Positions 12,849 to 26,945 of a stretch of DNA of 64,000 nt are shown here, piece after piece. Each line of letters starts with the position of its first letter. The first letter of the stretch is position 1. The position numbers and the translations under genes were made by a program. Below the pieces are notes generated by a model, which had not been told where the DNA came from, did not search any database, and worked only from the letters and a program-made list of their open reading frames with translations. Source of the stretch: Eledone cirrhosa (Eukaryota); contig OZ024740.1 of the NCBI GenBank assembly GCA_964016885.1, positions 49,662,001-49,726,000 of the forward strand, read 5' to 3'.

Positions 12849-13539
12849 AACAGACGCACATACATACACACATACACACACACAAACACATACGGAGGCA
12901 CACATTCACACACACACACACCCACACACATACACGCACACACATATACGCATATACATACACGCGCGCGTACCCATATACTTATAGTCTACGAAAAGGT
13001 TTACTTTTCAACAAGTCAAAGAAAAGACTAAATATATAATAATGTATAATTTTAATTTATTAAGTAATATCTATATTACATTTGTGAATGTGTTTCCATA
13101 TATTGGTATTCAATTTACTGAAACACTTATTTGTTACTTAATAAATTAAAATATGCATGTATGTATATATGTATGTATATTAAGTATAGTTCAGCTTACT
13201 GTATTTCGTTACTTAAAGTTTCATATCTGAAATGTATTCGTAAAATTACCGCAAGGCAATCAACAGACAAAACTGCAGCGTAATAGCAAAATGCTCAGTC
13301 AACTTTTAGAAAGAATAAATTTAGTACAGAATAGAAATAAAATATTCGGTGATAGGTCAGCAATTTTCATTTGATATCGCATTCTCGCCTGGTGATTAGT
13401 CTAGGACTTAGTAGATTCTCTGAAGACATGAAATTTTAAATAACAAAATATGAAACGCATTGAATATTTGTTCTACGCAAACTTTTAGTTCTCTTTGAAT
13501 TTGTTCTTAGTTTATGAATATATATATATTGAATGTCGG

Positions 13540-14452
13540 AGTCCTCCGGGGGTAGTACTGTCACATCTTCTGTTCATTATCTTCATGGACGGGACTGACA
13601 TGCGCAGTCGGGTTGGAAGTGTTATCGAGACTAGGGGTTGTAGGATCACTCGGTTGGAATTTGCAGACGACATGGTCAGAAGTTTCCGACATGCACTGAT
13701 AGATTTGCTGCCGAGTGCTGCAAGAAATGAATGAAAATTAGTGCTGCAAAGACAGAGACTCACGCCCTCTCAAGGTTACCTGCACAGTGCACTACATGTG
13801 AGTGGAATATCACTGAAGGATGTGTAGGAGTTCGAGTATCTCCGAGCCATGTTGATGAGTTATGGGAGGCAAGAGGCTGAATTAAGTGCAAGAATTGCAG
13901 GTGCTGGTGCAGTAATACGCCAGCTTCAGTATTCAGTAATCAGGAGAGAAGTAGATGTAAAATCAAGCTAGCTATATTCAATTAGGTATTCGTGAATCTT
14001 GGTCATGAATCTTGAGTAATGACCGACAGAATACGATTGCGAATGGGGTTTATCTGAAGGGTATATGGTGTAATTTTACTCGATAGAGTGCGTCGCTCAG
14101 AGATTAGAGAGTCACTCCAGGTAGGCCCGTTACTTCTCTGAATTGAGAGATCACCGTTCTGATAACACAAGCATGTGGTTAGAATGTCTCAGGAAAGAAT
14201 CGCTGGACAGATTTTACGGTCAAAATCTACTGGCAGTGACCTAGAGGTCAGGCAAGATGGTTGGATAACATCCACGAACTCGGCTGAACTCGCTTGGGGA
14301 TCGAGCCGAACGAATTGGAGACGGCTGCTTCTGATATGACTTGCTGAAAGGAGTACTTGAAGACTCTTCCCCCACAATCCTCCCAGGTATAAATGAAGAA
14401 GAAGAAGAAGAAGAAGAAGAAGAAGAAGAAGAAGAAGAAGAAGAAGAAGAAG

Positions 14453-14482
<30 letters not shown>
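13540..14482 (+). mobile_element. 5'-truncated RTE-clade LINE (RT 3' half) with (GAA)n tail
   Basis: GVVLSHLLFIIFMD and LEFADD (QGxxLSPxLF and YADD equivalents), eroded FEYL motif, many stops; terminal (GAA)n at ~14395-14482. Confidence 0.85.
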
Positions 14483-14483
<1 letters not shown>

Positions 14484-16479
14484 TAGTGAGGTGAGTACAT
14501 GAGCATACAAGTCACTATCAGAATAGATTTGTAAAGAGAAAAAAATCTCAAAACCTGAAGAGCTTGTAAATTTAATAATTATCTCTGCTAGATGTAGCTT
14601 AAGACGAGCGACATGAGGTGAAGACCTTCTTTTAGATAGGAAACTGTTGGAATACAAGTAAATTTCTGTTCAATTGAATCGGCTGTTTCTTTCTTGTAAT
14701 AGTCTTTATGCCAATGTAAATAATCAATATATGTATTATACGAGGTTAGCGGAGTAACAGAAACAGTAAAAGTGAAGCACTAAATGTTATGTGATATTAT
14801 AGCCCTGTGCCAATGTAAGCAGAAATTAATGTGCAATCAATGGAGACGTTTTGGAGAAAATTCCAATAATTATAAAATATAAATTTAAAAAAGTGTATTT
14901 CTGGTGCCAGAAAAGAAGCATGGAAAATTAGCTACCTAGCTTATTAATATTTTCATATAACTAATTGCATCATTTTTTTTTATTAGCGTGTTATTCTGGG
15001 AAATATCAAGAGAACAAATGCGTTAATAAACAACTCAATTAAACGGATTATATCGCATAAAATACAAATATAATTATCACTAAAGAACAGTTAATAGTAT
15101 CCCATGCCATGCGTGGGCTTTTAATGAAGTTGTAGGAGCGCCGTTGAGATATATGTTGTATCTTGGGAATTTAAAACTGGCGATGCTCATCCCTTTCTAT
15201 GTCTGAACAGAGCCCATTTATTTTAGAGAAAGTTATAAAGAGAAGAAGAGATGGATGAAAGGTAAGGTTGAACTCAGAGCGCAGTGATCCCGAAATGAAT
15301 ACTGCGGAGCTTTGTAACCGATCTTCTACCGACTGCCAATACTCCACCTTAATAGTATTAGGGTATAGTAAAAACTAATTCTTAATCTAAAATAGGCTTC
15401 AGCTCATCGGAATTTGGGAGCTGATTTGGATTTTCTGTTGTACCAATTTTGTTTTCTCACATTATTATTAAAAACTACATCATGGAAGAGTCAATAAAAA
15501 AAATCTGTTGCATTCACTTTCCTTTACTTATTATTAGTATCATCTATGATGCATCAAAAAGAGGTTGTCGCTGTGTCGAGGTTGTAGAAATGCAACTATA
15601 ATTTGTAAATGTAATTCCATGATGTAATTGTTTCAGTTCCAATAAAAGCTTTCAGATCAAATTACTTGCCATGCATTGCCCTTAGCAAAGTCATCTTTTT
15701 CTTAAAATACTTTACTGCTGTGCCGAGAAGCATAAAATCTTATAGGCAGTCAGTAAAGCCAGAGTTATTATACTATTCCATCTAACTCTAATGGTCGCTG
15801 AAGAGTAAGGAATAAACTCATAACAATAAATACCACATATGTCACAGCGTAAAGTTTAGTGCTCAATAAAATAACAGTTTCTGATCAATGTTAACAATAT
15901 TTGAGAGAGGGGAATATCGATTAAAGCGACTCCAATGCATTACTAGTGCTTTATTTTATCGACGGCGTACGAATGAAAAACAAAGCTAACCTCGGCGTGA
16001 TTTGAGCTCAGAATGCAAAGGGCCGACGCTCTATCAATACTGCCAATCTACTGCCCTGAGTGCTCAATAAAATAATAAATTATGAACTTGGGTTTTATTC
16101 AATCAGTTATACACGCTTCTTTATAGGAAAACTGGACGTAAGCCTAGTCACAAAAAAAAACAACTTCGTAATTTCATGAGAGTTATTTCAGTGGAGTTTA
16201 AATCAAATCCAGAAAAATCATCTACGAGAAGATATTTTCTTATTTCAGAGAATTCTGCAGTAGATAAAAAGTGGGTCATTAACAGGAATGCCAAGTCTCT
16301 TGGCGTTAAGTTCTTTGGCTGTATATAGAACACTGCGGCATGGGAAATATTCAGCTGAACGCTGAGAACTATACGCAACAGGCTGGTCATAAAGACGCAT
16401 ATAATTTACACCCCCCCCCACTATATATATGTGTGTGTGAGTATGTATATACGTATTATATATATATGTGTATATATAT

Positions 16480-16592
<113 letters not shown>

Positions 16593-16596
16593 TATT

Positions 16597-16629
<33 letters not shown>

Positions 16630-16630
16630 G

Positions 16631-16815
16631 TAATAGGAGAAAGTATGACCCCGACGGCAGAGCTCAAGCCGTTTCGATGGCTATTTATGGACTGTTTTTA
16701 GTCCAGAAATAGCCGTCGAGGTCATACTTTCTCCTATTACCCACTCTACTACCCTAAGTATTGAGTACTCTGGTGCGTTATGGTCCATCTGGTTCCTTAA
16801 CACAACTCCTTCGTT
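16631..16815. mobile_element. Short fold-back copy of the U3-A8 HHR family plus ~75-nt tail
   Basis: Homologous to 24749-25143; forward arm lacks stem III; inserted between (TA)n tracts. Confidence 0.85.
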
Positions 16816-16832
16816 ATATACATATGTATATA

Positions 16833-16915
<83 letters not shown>

Positions 16916-16970
16916 CTGTGTATGTACATATGCCTATATACGAGATATATATATACACATTCGCGCACAT

Positions 16971-17040
<70 letters not shown>

Positions 17041-18175
17041 GATGTATGTATATGTGTGTGAAGGCGCGTAACGTAATAGTTAAAGTACTGGATCGATTTC
17101 TTGAACGGACGGCGTGATGTATCCTTAAGCAAGATACTTTATTTCGCATTGCTTCAGTCCACTTACGTGATAAAAATGAGTTATACCTGTCACACGTTGC
17201 GTCACAGAGAATCTCCCTGAGAACTATGTTAAAGGTGCAAGTGTCTGAGGAATGCTCTACTACTTAATTTCACGAGTAGGCAGTTCTATTAATTGAATCG
17301 GATCACTCGTCGTCGGAAACGATTGAGGTCCAACAACATGTGTGTATGTGTGTGTGTGTACATATGTATACACTTATATGTATGAGTAACACAGGTGTGG
17401 CGAACGGTGTTCTCTGTTTTCTATAGTTTGTCACAGCCCCCTTCCTTCTACACTCATCACATAGCTGTGTGTGGATTGGCAGTATCGGTAGAGGGTCGGA
17501 CGCCATGCTTTGCCATTCTGAGTTCAAATCCCGCCGAGATTAACTTTGCCTTTCATCCTTACGGGGTCGAGAAAATAAAGTACCAGTAATGCTGCTGGCC
17601 TTGTGCCAAAAGTAGAAATAATTATTTTGTATAATGTATATGTTTATGTATGTATTTCACGCTGAAACATAGATGAGTTACCTCTTTTTGCGTGACGTAC
17701 AAAAACACAAGAGCATTATATATTAGTGGATTTTTAGCGCACAATGCTGGATGGTTGAGGAATAAAATCTCTCTTAACAGGTATAGTTATTTTTTGTTAT
17801 ACTAAAATAGCAAATTCCCTCCGAAGAAGAATCGGATTCTGGTAATGATGACCATATCGATTTATTGATTGGTTTGACTTATTCTCCGATTCAGAAACTG
17901 CACGAATAGTCGAAGAATTTGATCAGATAAAGATGACCATCTCAAGCTATTGAAATGATCTGACATATTTTTCAATTCATAGACGTTTTTGCGGTCAGGG
18001 ATTTTGGTCAGGCTCCTTATGTTTAAGTTGCTTGAAATTTTATATATCCCCAGGGAACGATATTTTATCCACCTGTTAGTGATATGTATAATATATTCTA
18101 TATATGTGTTTCCTTCTCTAAATAAGGTGCCTTAAAGATATCTTTTCATTGAGATGTTATGTATATTCTTGAAGA

Positions 18176-18225
<50 letters not shown>

Positions 18226-18242
18226 TCTTCAAGAATATACAT

Positions 18243-18283
<41 letters not shown>

Positions 18284-18328
18284 GTAAACATGTAAAATAT
18301 GTTTTTGAAATGGTGCGCGAGTTTGAAA

Positions 18329-18545
18329 TTAGAAATTAGAAATTATAAGCTTTCACCGTATTTTTAGACTAAAGAAATTTCTAGCCTGATAGTGGGGTTT
18401 ATAACCCTCGAAGAAATGGAAAAAGATGAGTGTTGCCGTACATGGGAACACTCATCTTTTTCCATTTCTTCGAGGGTTATAAACCCCACTATCAGGCTAG
18501 AAATTTCTTTAGTCTAAAAATACGGTGAAAGCTTATAATTTCTAA

Positions 18546-18552
<7 letters not shown>
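18329..18552. repeat. ~105-bp-arm palindrome adjacent to (TA)n
   Basis: TTAGAAATTAGAAATTATAAGC...GAGTGTT / AACACTC...GCTTATAATTTCTAATTTCTAA with a ~12-nt spacer. Confidence 0.9.
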
Positions 18553-18626
<74 letters not shown>

Positions 18627-21291
18627 GAAGAATGTGGTAAGGAACCAGGTGAACCATAACGCACCAGAGTACTTTGGGTAATGAAATTTGAAATGTGGCC
18701 TCCCAAAGCAGATGACCATAATAATTGTTAATCATTATAAAAAGTTGCGGATATTGGGTACAGTGGACAGCGGTGCTTACGTGGAATCATACCCTGCATC
18801 TCTCGGATGCCATGTGTGTGAGTTAACTATTATGCTAAAGAACCACTAACAAACGATTCCGTCTTTGTAGAATATTTTAAGCCTGCAGCAACAAATGTAA
18901 AGAAAACCATTGCCTTAAGAATCGTTCGGCTGTACACGATTCAAATTTAAACATTTCTGAATGCTTCTTACCTCAGCAGCTTTGTTTACACTTCTAGTTA
19001 CCGGACTTTTAAAAAAAGGATTGCTGACCAGCGACTCTTTGGCATATTGTTTAACTCATTCGCCTGACGTCTGAAAAATACGGAGTTCGATTCCTCGTGG
19101 GCACCCCTGTGAACTTTGGCGTTGACAACAGACAGGTGTACTTTAATTTTCATTCCTGTGGTTTTTAGAATATTCACCAGTAATATATTTGATTCTTCCC
19201 CGTCAAAATTGATTCCGTGCTCAGCTTTAGAAAGAATCATCTATAAGAACGACATCAACAAAAGCATCATCAAAGACCAAAGCAATAATGATTTCTAACA
19301 TTGGTACAAATCCATCGGCTACATCAATCACAGTTCTTGACTGGTTCATATTTAATGGACCCTTGAAGAACGAAATACAATGACGGCCTCGCTAGGATTT
19401 AAACTCAAAACATCAGGGATAATAATCTTGAATCAAATTAACATGATGGTCAGAACAGGTATACATTTGATCACTGATTTGTTCGTTGAGATTTGACTAG
19501 GGGTTAAACAACAAACACTGAATATCGGTTTCTAACACTGGCACAATGCCACACATTTGTGGCGAGTGTATAATCGAGTAAATCAATCGCAGTATTTAAA
19601 TGGTACTTGACTTTATCGACCTCGGGCGGATGATAAACAGAGTTGATGTTGGTGGGTGCTTGAACTTATAACGTAAAAGACATGTACTAAATACCGCAAG
19701 GCAATCTTTTCCGGCGCTCATACAATCCTACGAGATAAAGGCCACGAAAAATAAGAAGAGAAACAGTGTATATGAATTAACATTTCGTGACATTAACAAA
19801 AATATACATGCTTATGTTGGTATCTAGTCTTAGCCGCTGTAAGTAGACTTTGTTGGAATAAAAGCTGGAATTCTGCTTTTGATAATATTTTCATTCTCTT
19901 TATAGATTTAAGTTCATGATATCAGCTTCGTCTAAGAAGAATTCGACATTAATGTCAGTAATATAGATTTTTTTACATAATATCTTATATTTCTAGAGAG
20001 GAATAATCATGTGCAATATATTTATCTTTCTTAATAACATTAGCGCCTCAAGTTTGGTATCAAAAAGAGAAATCATGCGACGCCACTTCACATTATGAAT
20101 ATTTACTCTTTCATAACGTCATTTTCGCAGGCTATACCAAACTATATAGATTTATGTGCTTAATATTAAACTTGAACATCTGTGGCCTAACATCTGCAAA
20201 AGAAATATAGATGTGAGGATACTGGAACAAATTACACTAAATCATATACAATTTAAGTTATATGATAGGGGATATGAATATATCATCCAAGATTAGAAGC
20301 TCATATTAAGTAAATATCGTTAACATTTTGATTTTTACTATAGAGACAATGATACATAGTTGCATGATAGGTGAATAGTTGATTAATCAACCCAAGTACA
20401 TGCCTGGTACTTATTTTAGAAATATATATTTCAGACAAATGACCATTAAACATAATATATCATTGCTTTCTAACAGAGACACAAAACCACACATCATATC
20501 CTCTCAGTACTTGGCTGGTACTTTATTTTATCAACCTCCGAAAGTGTAAACGCAAAACAACATTCTCGACGGTTTTCGAACTCAGATCATAAAGAAGAGA
20601 GATTAAGTACTGCTAAAGATGTTTCTCGGCGTGCTACCGAATCAACTAATCCCGCAGACCCCTACCGATATTTTGAATTTAAGTATGAATTATCAAACTA
20701 TTTTGCCGAATTTTGTCATGGAAATACGTATTACGTATTATATATGTATATCAGGCATGAGAAAGTAAAACAATTCAATGAAAAAAGATAATAAAGGCAG
20801 AAGCCTGGAGTAAGAATCTACAAACATCAACTCTCCTGTTTTGCTCTGATCTTCAGATTACCTACCATGCAATTAAAAATTGGTTTTAAATAAAATAAAA
20901 CTAGCAGAACCAATTGAAACTCCATGGATATATGAAACCGATTGTTGGAAGTTTATAGAGAAACATGAATGCATGATTTCCTTTGAAATTTTATTTTTTC
21001 CGAAGTGTTTGATACGCGAGATAATGTAAAGTCTACACAAACCGGAAGGTGCAAACTTAAGAGAAGACTATATTCTTTGTTATACATATGTTACCTTTTC
21101 TAACTTGTGAGATATTATCTATTGTCTTAACGATGGAATGAAATCTAAGATATAATCTATCTATAATATTATCCTATTACACCATGACTACGCTGGTGAA
21201 GCATTAGCAAAGTTAATACGCTGTACTACACCCTTATATTCATATCAGAGAAATGTCCTCATGGACTTGAACCCAAAGTTTCATGAAACTG

Positions 21292-21372
<81 letters not shown>

Positions 21373-21919
21373 TGTAATAAACAACATAAGACAATTATTC
21401 CATTTACCAAAGGTTCCGCGAAAACAGACGAGCTGAACACAGACGTCTGAAATCGTTCATCAGAATGAAATTTTCCTTTACCTTTCCTACGGAAACACTT
21501 TATATCAATCATCTGGCAGGAAGGTGTACGATGCTGACGATAGCTAATAAGCTTGAAACTAGCACACCGTTCCTTTGTCAGTGTTGAACAAAAGGGCAAC
21601 GATGGTTGCTAAACACTGTACGGCTTAATTCGGGCTGTTTATTTGTTTACAAACAAACCGAGCATTATAATAAATGTTCGGTAAAACCGATACGTACATA
21701 TATATATATGTGTGCATGTATGTATATATATACATACTACTGTACGTCTGTATACATATATGTATGTACGTATACATACTTATATTTAAGTAAGAACCGT
21801 ACTAAGAGTGAGAAATGAAATTTCGTTTCATTTTTTCCATTTATATATATACATATATATATATATGTAAGTATGTATGTATACGTACATACATATATGT
21901 ATACAGACGTACAGTAGCA

Positions 21920-21963
<44 letters not shown>

Positions 21964-22114
21964 CAGGTACACATACATATATGTACGTGTCAGTTTAGCG
22001 GACGCTTATTATAACGCCCACTTTGTTCGTTTGTAAACAAACTGAACAGCCTGAATTTATGCCGTACGGTGTTAAGGCAACCACGTCACCTTTTTGTTCA
22101 ACACTGACACAGGA

Positions 22115-22157
22115 ACGATGTACTAGTTTCAAGCTTGTTAGCTATCATCAGCACCGT
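22115..22157 (-). ncRNA. Type I minimal hammerhead ribozyme
   Basis: ACGGTG-CTGATGA-TAGC-TAACAA-GCTT-GAAA-CTAG-TA-CATCGT; palindromic stem III (ACTAGT), GUA site. Confidence 0.85.
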
Positions 22158-22271
22158 ATACCCTTCTGCCAGATGGTTGAATGTTCGATATGCAAATTAG
22201 GCTGCTCAGCCGTTAATTTTCATAAAGAAAGTATATACTTTCGAACGTTCAACCATCTGGCAGAAGGGTAT

Positions 22272-22314
22272 ATGGTGCTGATGATAGCTAACAAGCTTGA
22301 AACTAGTACATCGT
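22272..22314 (+). ncRNA. Type I minimal hammerhead ribozyme (mirror copy)
   Basis: ATGGTG-CTGATGA-TAGC-TAACAA-GCTT-GAAA-CTAG-TA-CATCGT. A U16.1>C mutant copy lies at 21528-21570. Confidence 0.85.
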
Positions 22315-22465
22315 TCCTGTGTCAGTGTTGAACAAAAAGGTGACGTGGTTGCCTTAACACCGTACGGCATAAATTCAGGCTGTTCAGTTTGTTTACAAAC
22401 GAACAAAGCGGGCGTTATAATAAGCGTCCCCTAAACTGATACGTACATATATGTTTGTGTACCTG

Positions 22466-22587
<122 letters not shown>

Positions 22588-22711
22588 TATATATATGCAT
22601 GCTACTGTACGTCTGTATACATATATGTATGTACGTATACATACATACTTACATTTAAGTAAGTGCCGTACTAAGAGTGAGAAATGAAATTTTGTTTCCA
22701 TTTTATTACAA

Positions 22712-24120
<1,409 letters not shown>

Positions 24121-24169
24121 TACATATATATACACATAGATAAATATATGTGTGTGTGTGTTTGTGAGA

Positions 24170-24210
<41 letters not shown>

Positions 24211-24396
24211 GGGGAGAGAAAGTCACGGGTTCAATCGGGGTAACCAGAGTTAGTAAGTACTCAATACATTAGTAGAGTGTAAACATCAAGTTTAATATAG
24301 AAATGGCTTCTACAGTACTAGACATGTTTCATTCAAAAGAAATCAACATATTTGTTTTGCAAGGTTTTTTTTATATAGAAACACAACGGGAAGAAA

Positions 24397-24440
24397 TCAC
24401 TGAAGATGTCACAGAAAAATATGTGACGAAATAACTTTGA
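24397..24440 (+). ncRNA. Minimal hammerhead-like motif
   Basis: TCA-CTGAAGA-T-GTCACA-GAAAAATA-TGTGAC-GAAA-TAAC-TT-TGA; 3-bp stem I, 1-bp stem III. Confidence 0.6.
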
Positions 24441-24748
24441 GAAACTTTGAGAAATTATATTTATATTTATAATAGATGAACATTGATTGCCAGCTAAATT
24501 ATTTATAAAAATATAAAGATATACTGAATTAAAGCGAAAACCAAACCAAACAATGAGCGTGTTTTATTATTATTTTGGTCTAAGTGCAAATCCTGGTGAG
24601 GTTATCTTTGCCGTTCATACTTACGGGGTCGATAAAATGAAACACAAGTAGTGCACTGGTATAATTACTGGTCTTGTGCCAAAAGTAGAAACAATTATTA
24701 TTTTTGGCAACGTGACCCTCCCCAAATATAACGACACATATATATATA

Positions 24749-25143
24749 TAGGAAAAAGTATGACCCCGACGGCAGAGCTCAAGCCGTTTCGACGGCTATT
24801 TCTGGACTAAATTAGAATTTTTAGCCTGGTGAATAAATAGCCGAACTTTTCAAGGGGGTACTTCCTTATATGAGAAGATTGTAGTTGTCAAGAGGATTGG
24901 TTAAATTTTTAACCAATCCTCTTGACAACTACAATCTTCTCATATAAGGAAGTACCCCCTTGAAAAGTTCGGCTATTTATTCACCAGGCTAAAAATTCTA
25001 ATATAGTCCAGAAATAGCCGTCGAAACGGCTTGAGCTCTGCCGTCGGGGTCATACTTTTTCCTATTTCCCACTCTACTACCCTAAGTATTGAGTACTCTG
25101 GTGCGTTATGGTCCATCTGGTTCCTTACCACAATTCCTTCGTT
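24749..25143. mobile_element. Fold-back element (arms ~24749-24904 / ~24909-25064) plus tail, U3-A8 HHR family
   Basis: Near-perfect palindrome in (TA)n; family members at 16631, ~18625-18680 (tail only, minus), 45250-45478 and 53128-53245. Confidence 0.9.
24954..25050 (+). ncRNA. Type I hammerhead ribozyme with U3-A8 core (mirror copy 24763-24859 minus)
   Basis: CCCC-TTGAAAA-GTTCGGCTATTT...AAATAGCCGTC-GAAA-CGGC-TTGAGCTCT-GCCG-TC-GGGG; GUC site. Confidence 0.8.
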
Positions 25144-26049
25144 ATATATATATATAGTATTAATAGTATTAATTATACTATTTATGGTTATGCAAATACA
25201 AAAACCTTTTGCAGTTATATATATTTTTATAAACCCTAAATAGTGGTAGGCAGTAATATATTACTACCTTATTACCAGTAAGTTAAATAGCTCAATGTAA
25301 TAACATCAGATGATTTACAGAGCAGTTATATGAATTATAATAATCAAAGAACTGTTCAAAACATTTTTATGCTTACAACTGTTTCCTCCAAACCGAGGTT
25401 TGGATTCTTCGGAGCAATTTATTATTGAATGAACACTTATATGACCTCCTTTTCACCCAAGAGACATACAGATACATATGCAAATATTGTGGGTCAACAT
25501 TCATTATAGCATTTAGTGTGGCAGCACACATTTAGAGATTCCATTCATATTAAAAGATACAATCAAAAATACAATCAAAAATACAGGTTAAAATACAACA
25601 TGAAATTAAGCGGTTATAGAGTGCAAAGGTTATATGTGTGGCAAGCACGTGCGTCTTGTTAATATAGTGTGGTAGAGAGTTACGTGTAATAGAAGCACTT
25701 AAGCAGGTAATCGAGAGTGTTAAGATGGTTGATCTGGTGATGAATTCTTTATATGATTGTTATAGCCTGTGTGTGGAGAAATAATATAAGTATTAAAAAT
25801 AGTGTAAGCATTAAAAATATTGGAAATGCGTAGCGAAGCGATATGGATTTCATGCACTGCGACATTTTCATAGTCTGGCGTATTTTTCAGATTATATGCC
25901 CCTCACATAATCCACGACTGTTCGATATTGGGCGTTTGACAATCCAGTTAGAGTTTCCGTGGTAATGGTTACTTTTGGTGGCACCCTCCACTTTAGTGTA
26001 CGTGTGGTTGCTATTCATATTACCAAAAGTAACCATTACCACGGAAACT

Positions 26050-26945
26050 ACCTTAGTACCTCAGGAAGAAACAACACACCAGACACTAAAAACAAAAATA
26101 GAAGAAGAAATAATACATTTTTCAACCCTCCTTTCAACCTAAATGTCTCCACCAACATACCTAGGGCTTTCTTCTCACTACTAGATAAAAACTTCCCTCT
26201 AGGACACAAGTACCATAACCTTTTATACAAAAACACTATTAAAATCTCATACTCCACGACGCCTAACTTAGCATACCACATAGCTAGCAGCAATAAAAGT
26301 AAAATTAATTCTTACTTCCAACAAACGAAATCACAACAGGAGGTAAACCTTCTAAATACCTCTGTAGCAAGCAACCATAATAACGGCAGTAATAATAGAA
26401 ATAACACTAGTATAAGAAATAACACCGGGGTCGACAACCTGAATGTCCAAAATCCTATAGCTACCACCCGGACTTCTGCACTGCATTATAACCAGTAGAC
26501 TAACACACAGGATAATTGTAACTGCAGAGCTAATAGAACCTGCCCTTTAGATAAAAAATGCCAAACCAAGGATATCATATACTCATGCACCGTCACAACT
26601 AGCAACTCTTCAGAAACCTATGTAGGCTCCACTTCTAACTGCTTCAAAATCAGATAGAATTCGCACATCCACTCGTTCAAAAAGCACAGTCTAGCCAACT
26701 CCACCTCACTATCTAGCTACATACACTATCTAAAAACTAAAAATAAACCTTACACACTCAAATGGGAAGTGATAGGTAGCGCGACTTCGTACAAACCACC
26801 TAATAAATTTTGTAACCTCTGTATACTAGAGACCCCCACTATTATCTTCTCTAACCGTAACCTACTTAACAAAAAATCTGAAGTGTTTGCAACTTGCCAG
26901 CACCGCTTCAGACATTCCTTCCAAAACTTTAAGCCCAATATATAG
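26050..26945 (+). pseudogene. PLE C-terminus: RT thumb/linker, Cys-rich motif and GIY-YIG endonuclease (Naiad-like motif pattern)
   Basis: FFNPPFNLNVSTNI..FFSLLDKNFP..H..YKNTIKISYS, then in the same frame past TAG 26496 and TAG 26655: CNCR..TCPLDKKCQTKDIIYSCTV..TYVGST..FKIR*NSH..SF..TSLSSYI..LK..KWEV..CNLCILE..LLNKKSE..CQH, stop at 26943-26945. Confidence 0.9.

Noticed and set aside
18375-18420. CTGATAG-hairpin-GAAGAAA as a hammerhead
   Set aside because: Core deviates and no stem I or III can be formed.
18998-19240. 80-aa minus-strand ORF with splice-like boundaries (TTCTTATAG acceptor)
   Set aside because: No recognisable domain; may be a host exon but unsupported.
26496-26657. In-frame stops as possible selenocysteine recoding, as reported for some Naiad PLEs
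   Set aside because: Both stops are TAG, not TGA, and are not at Cys positions; ordinary decay is more likely.
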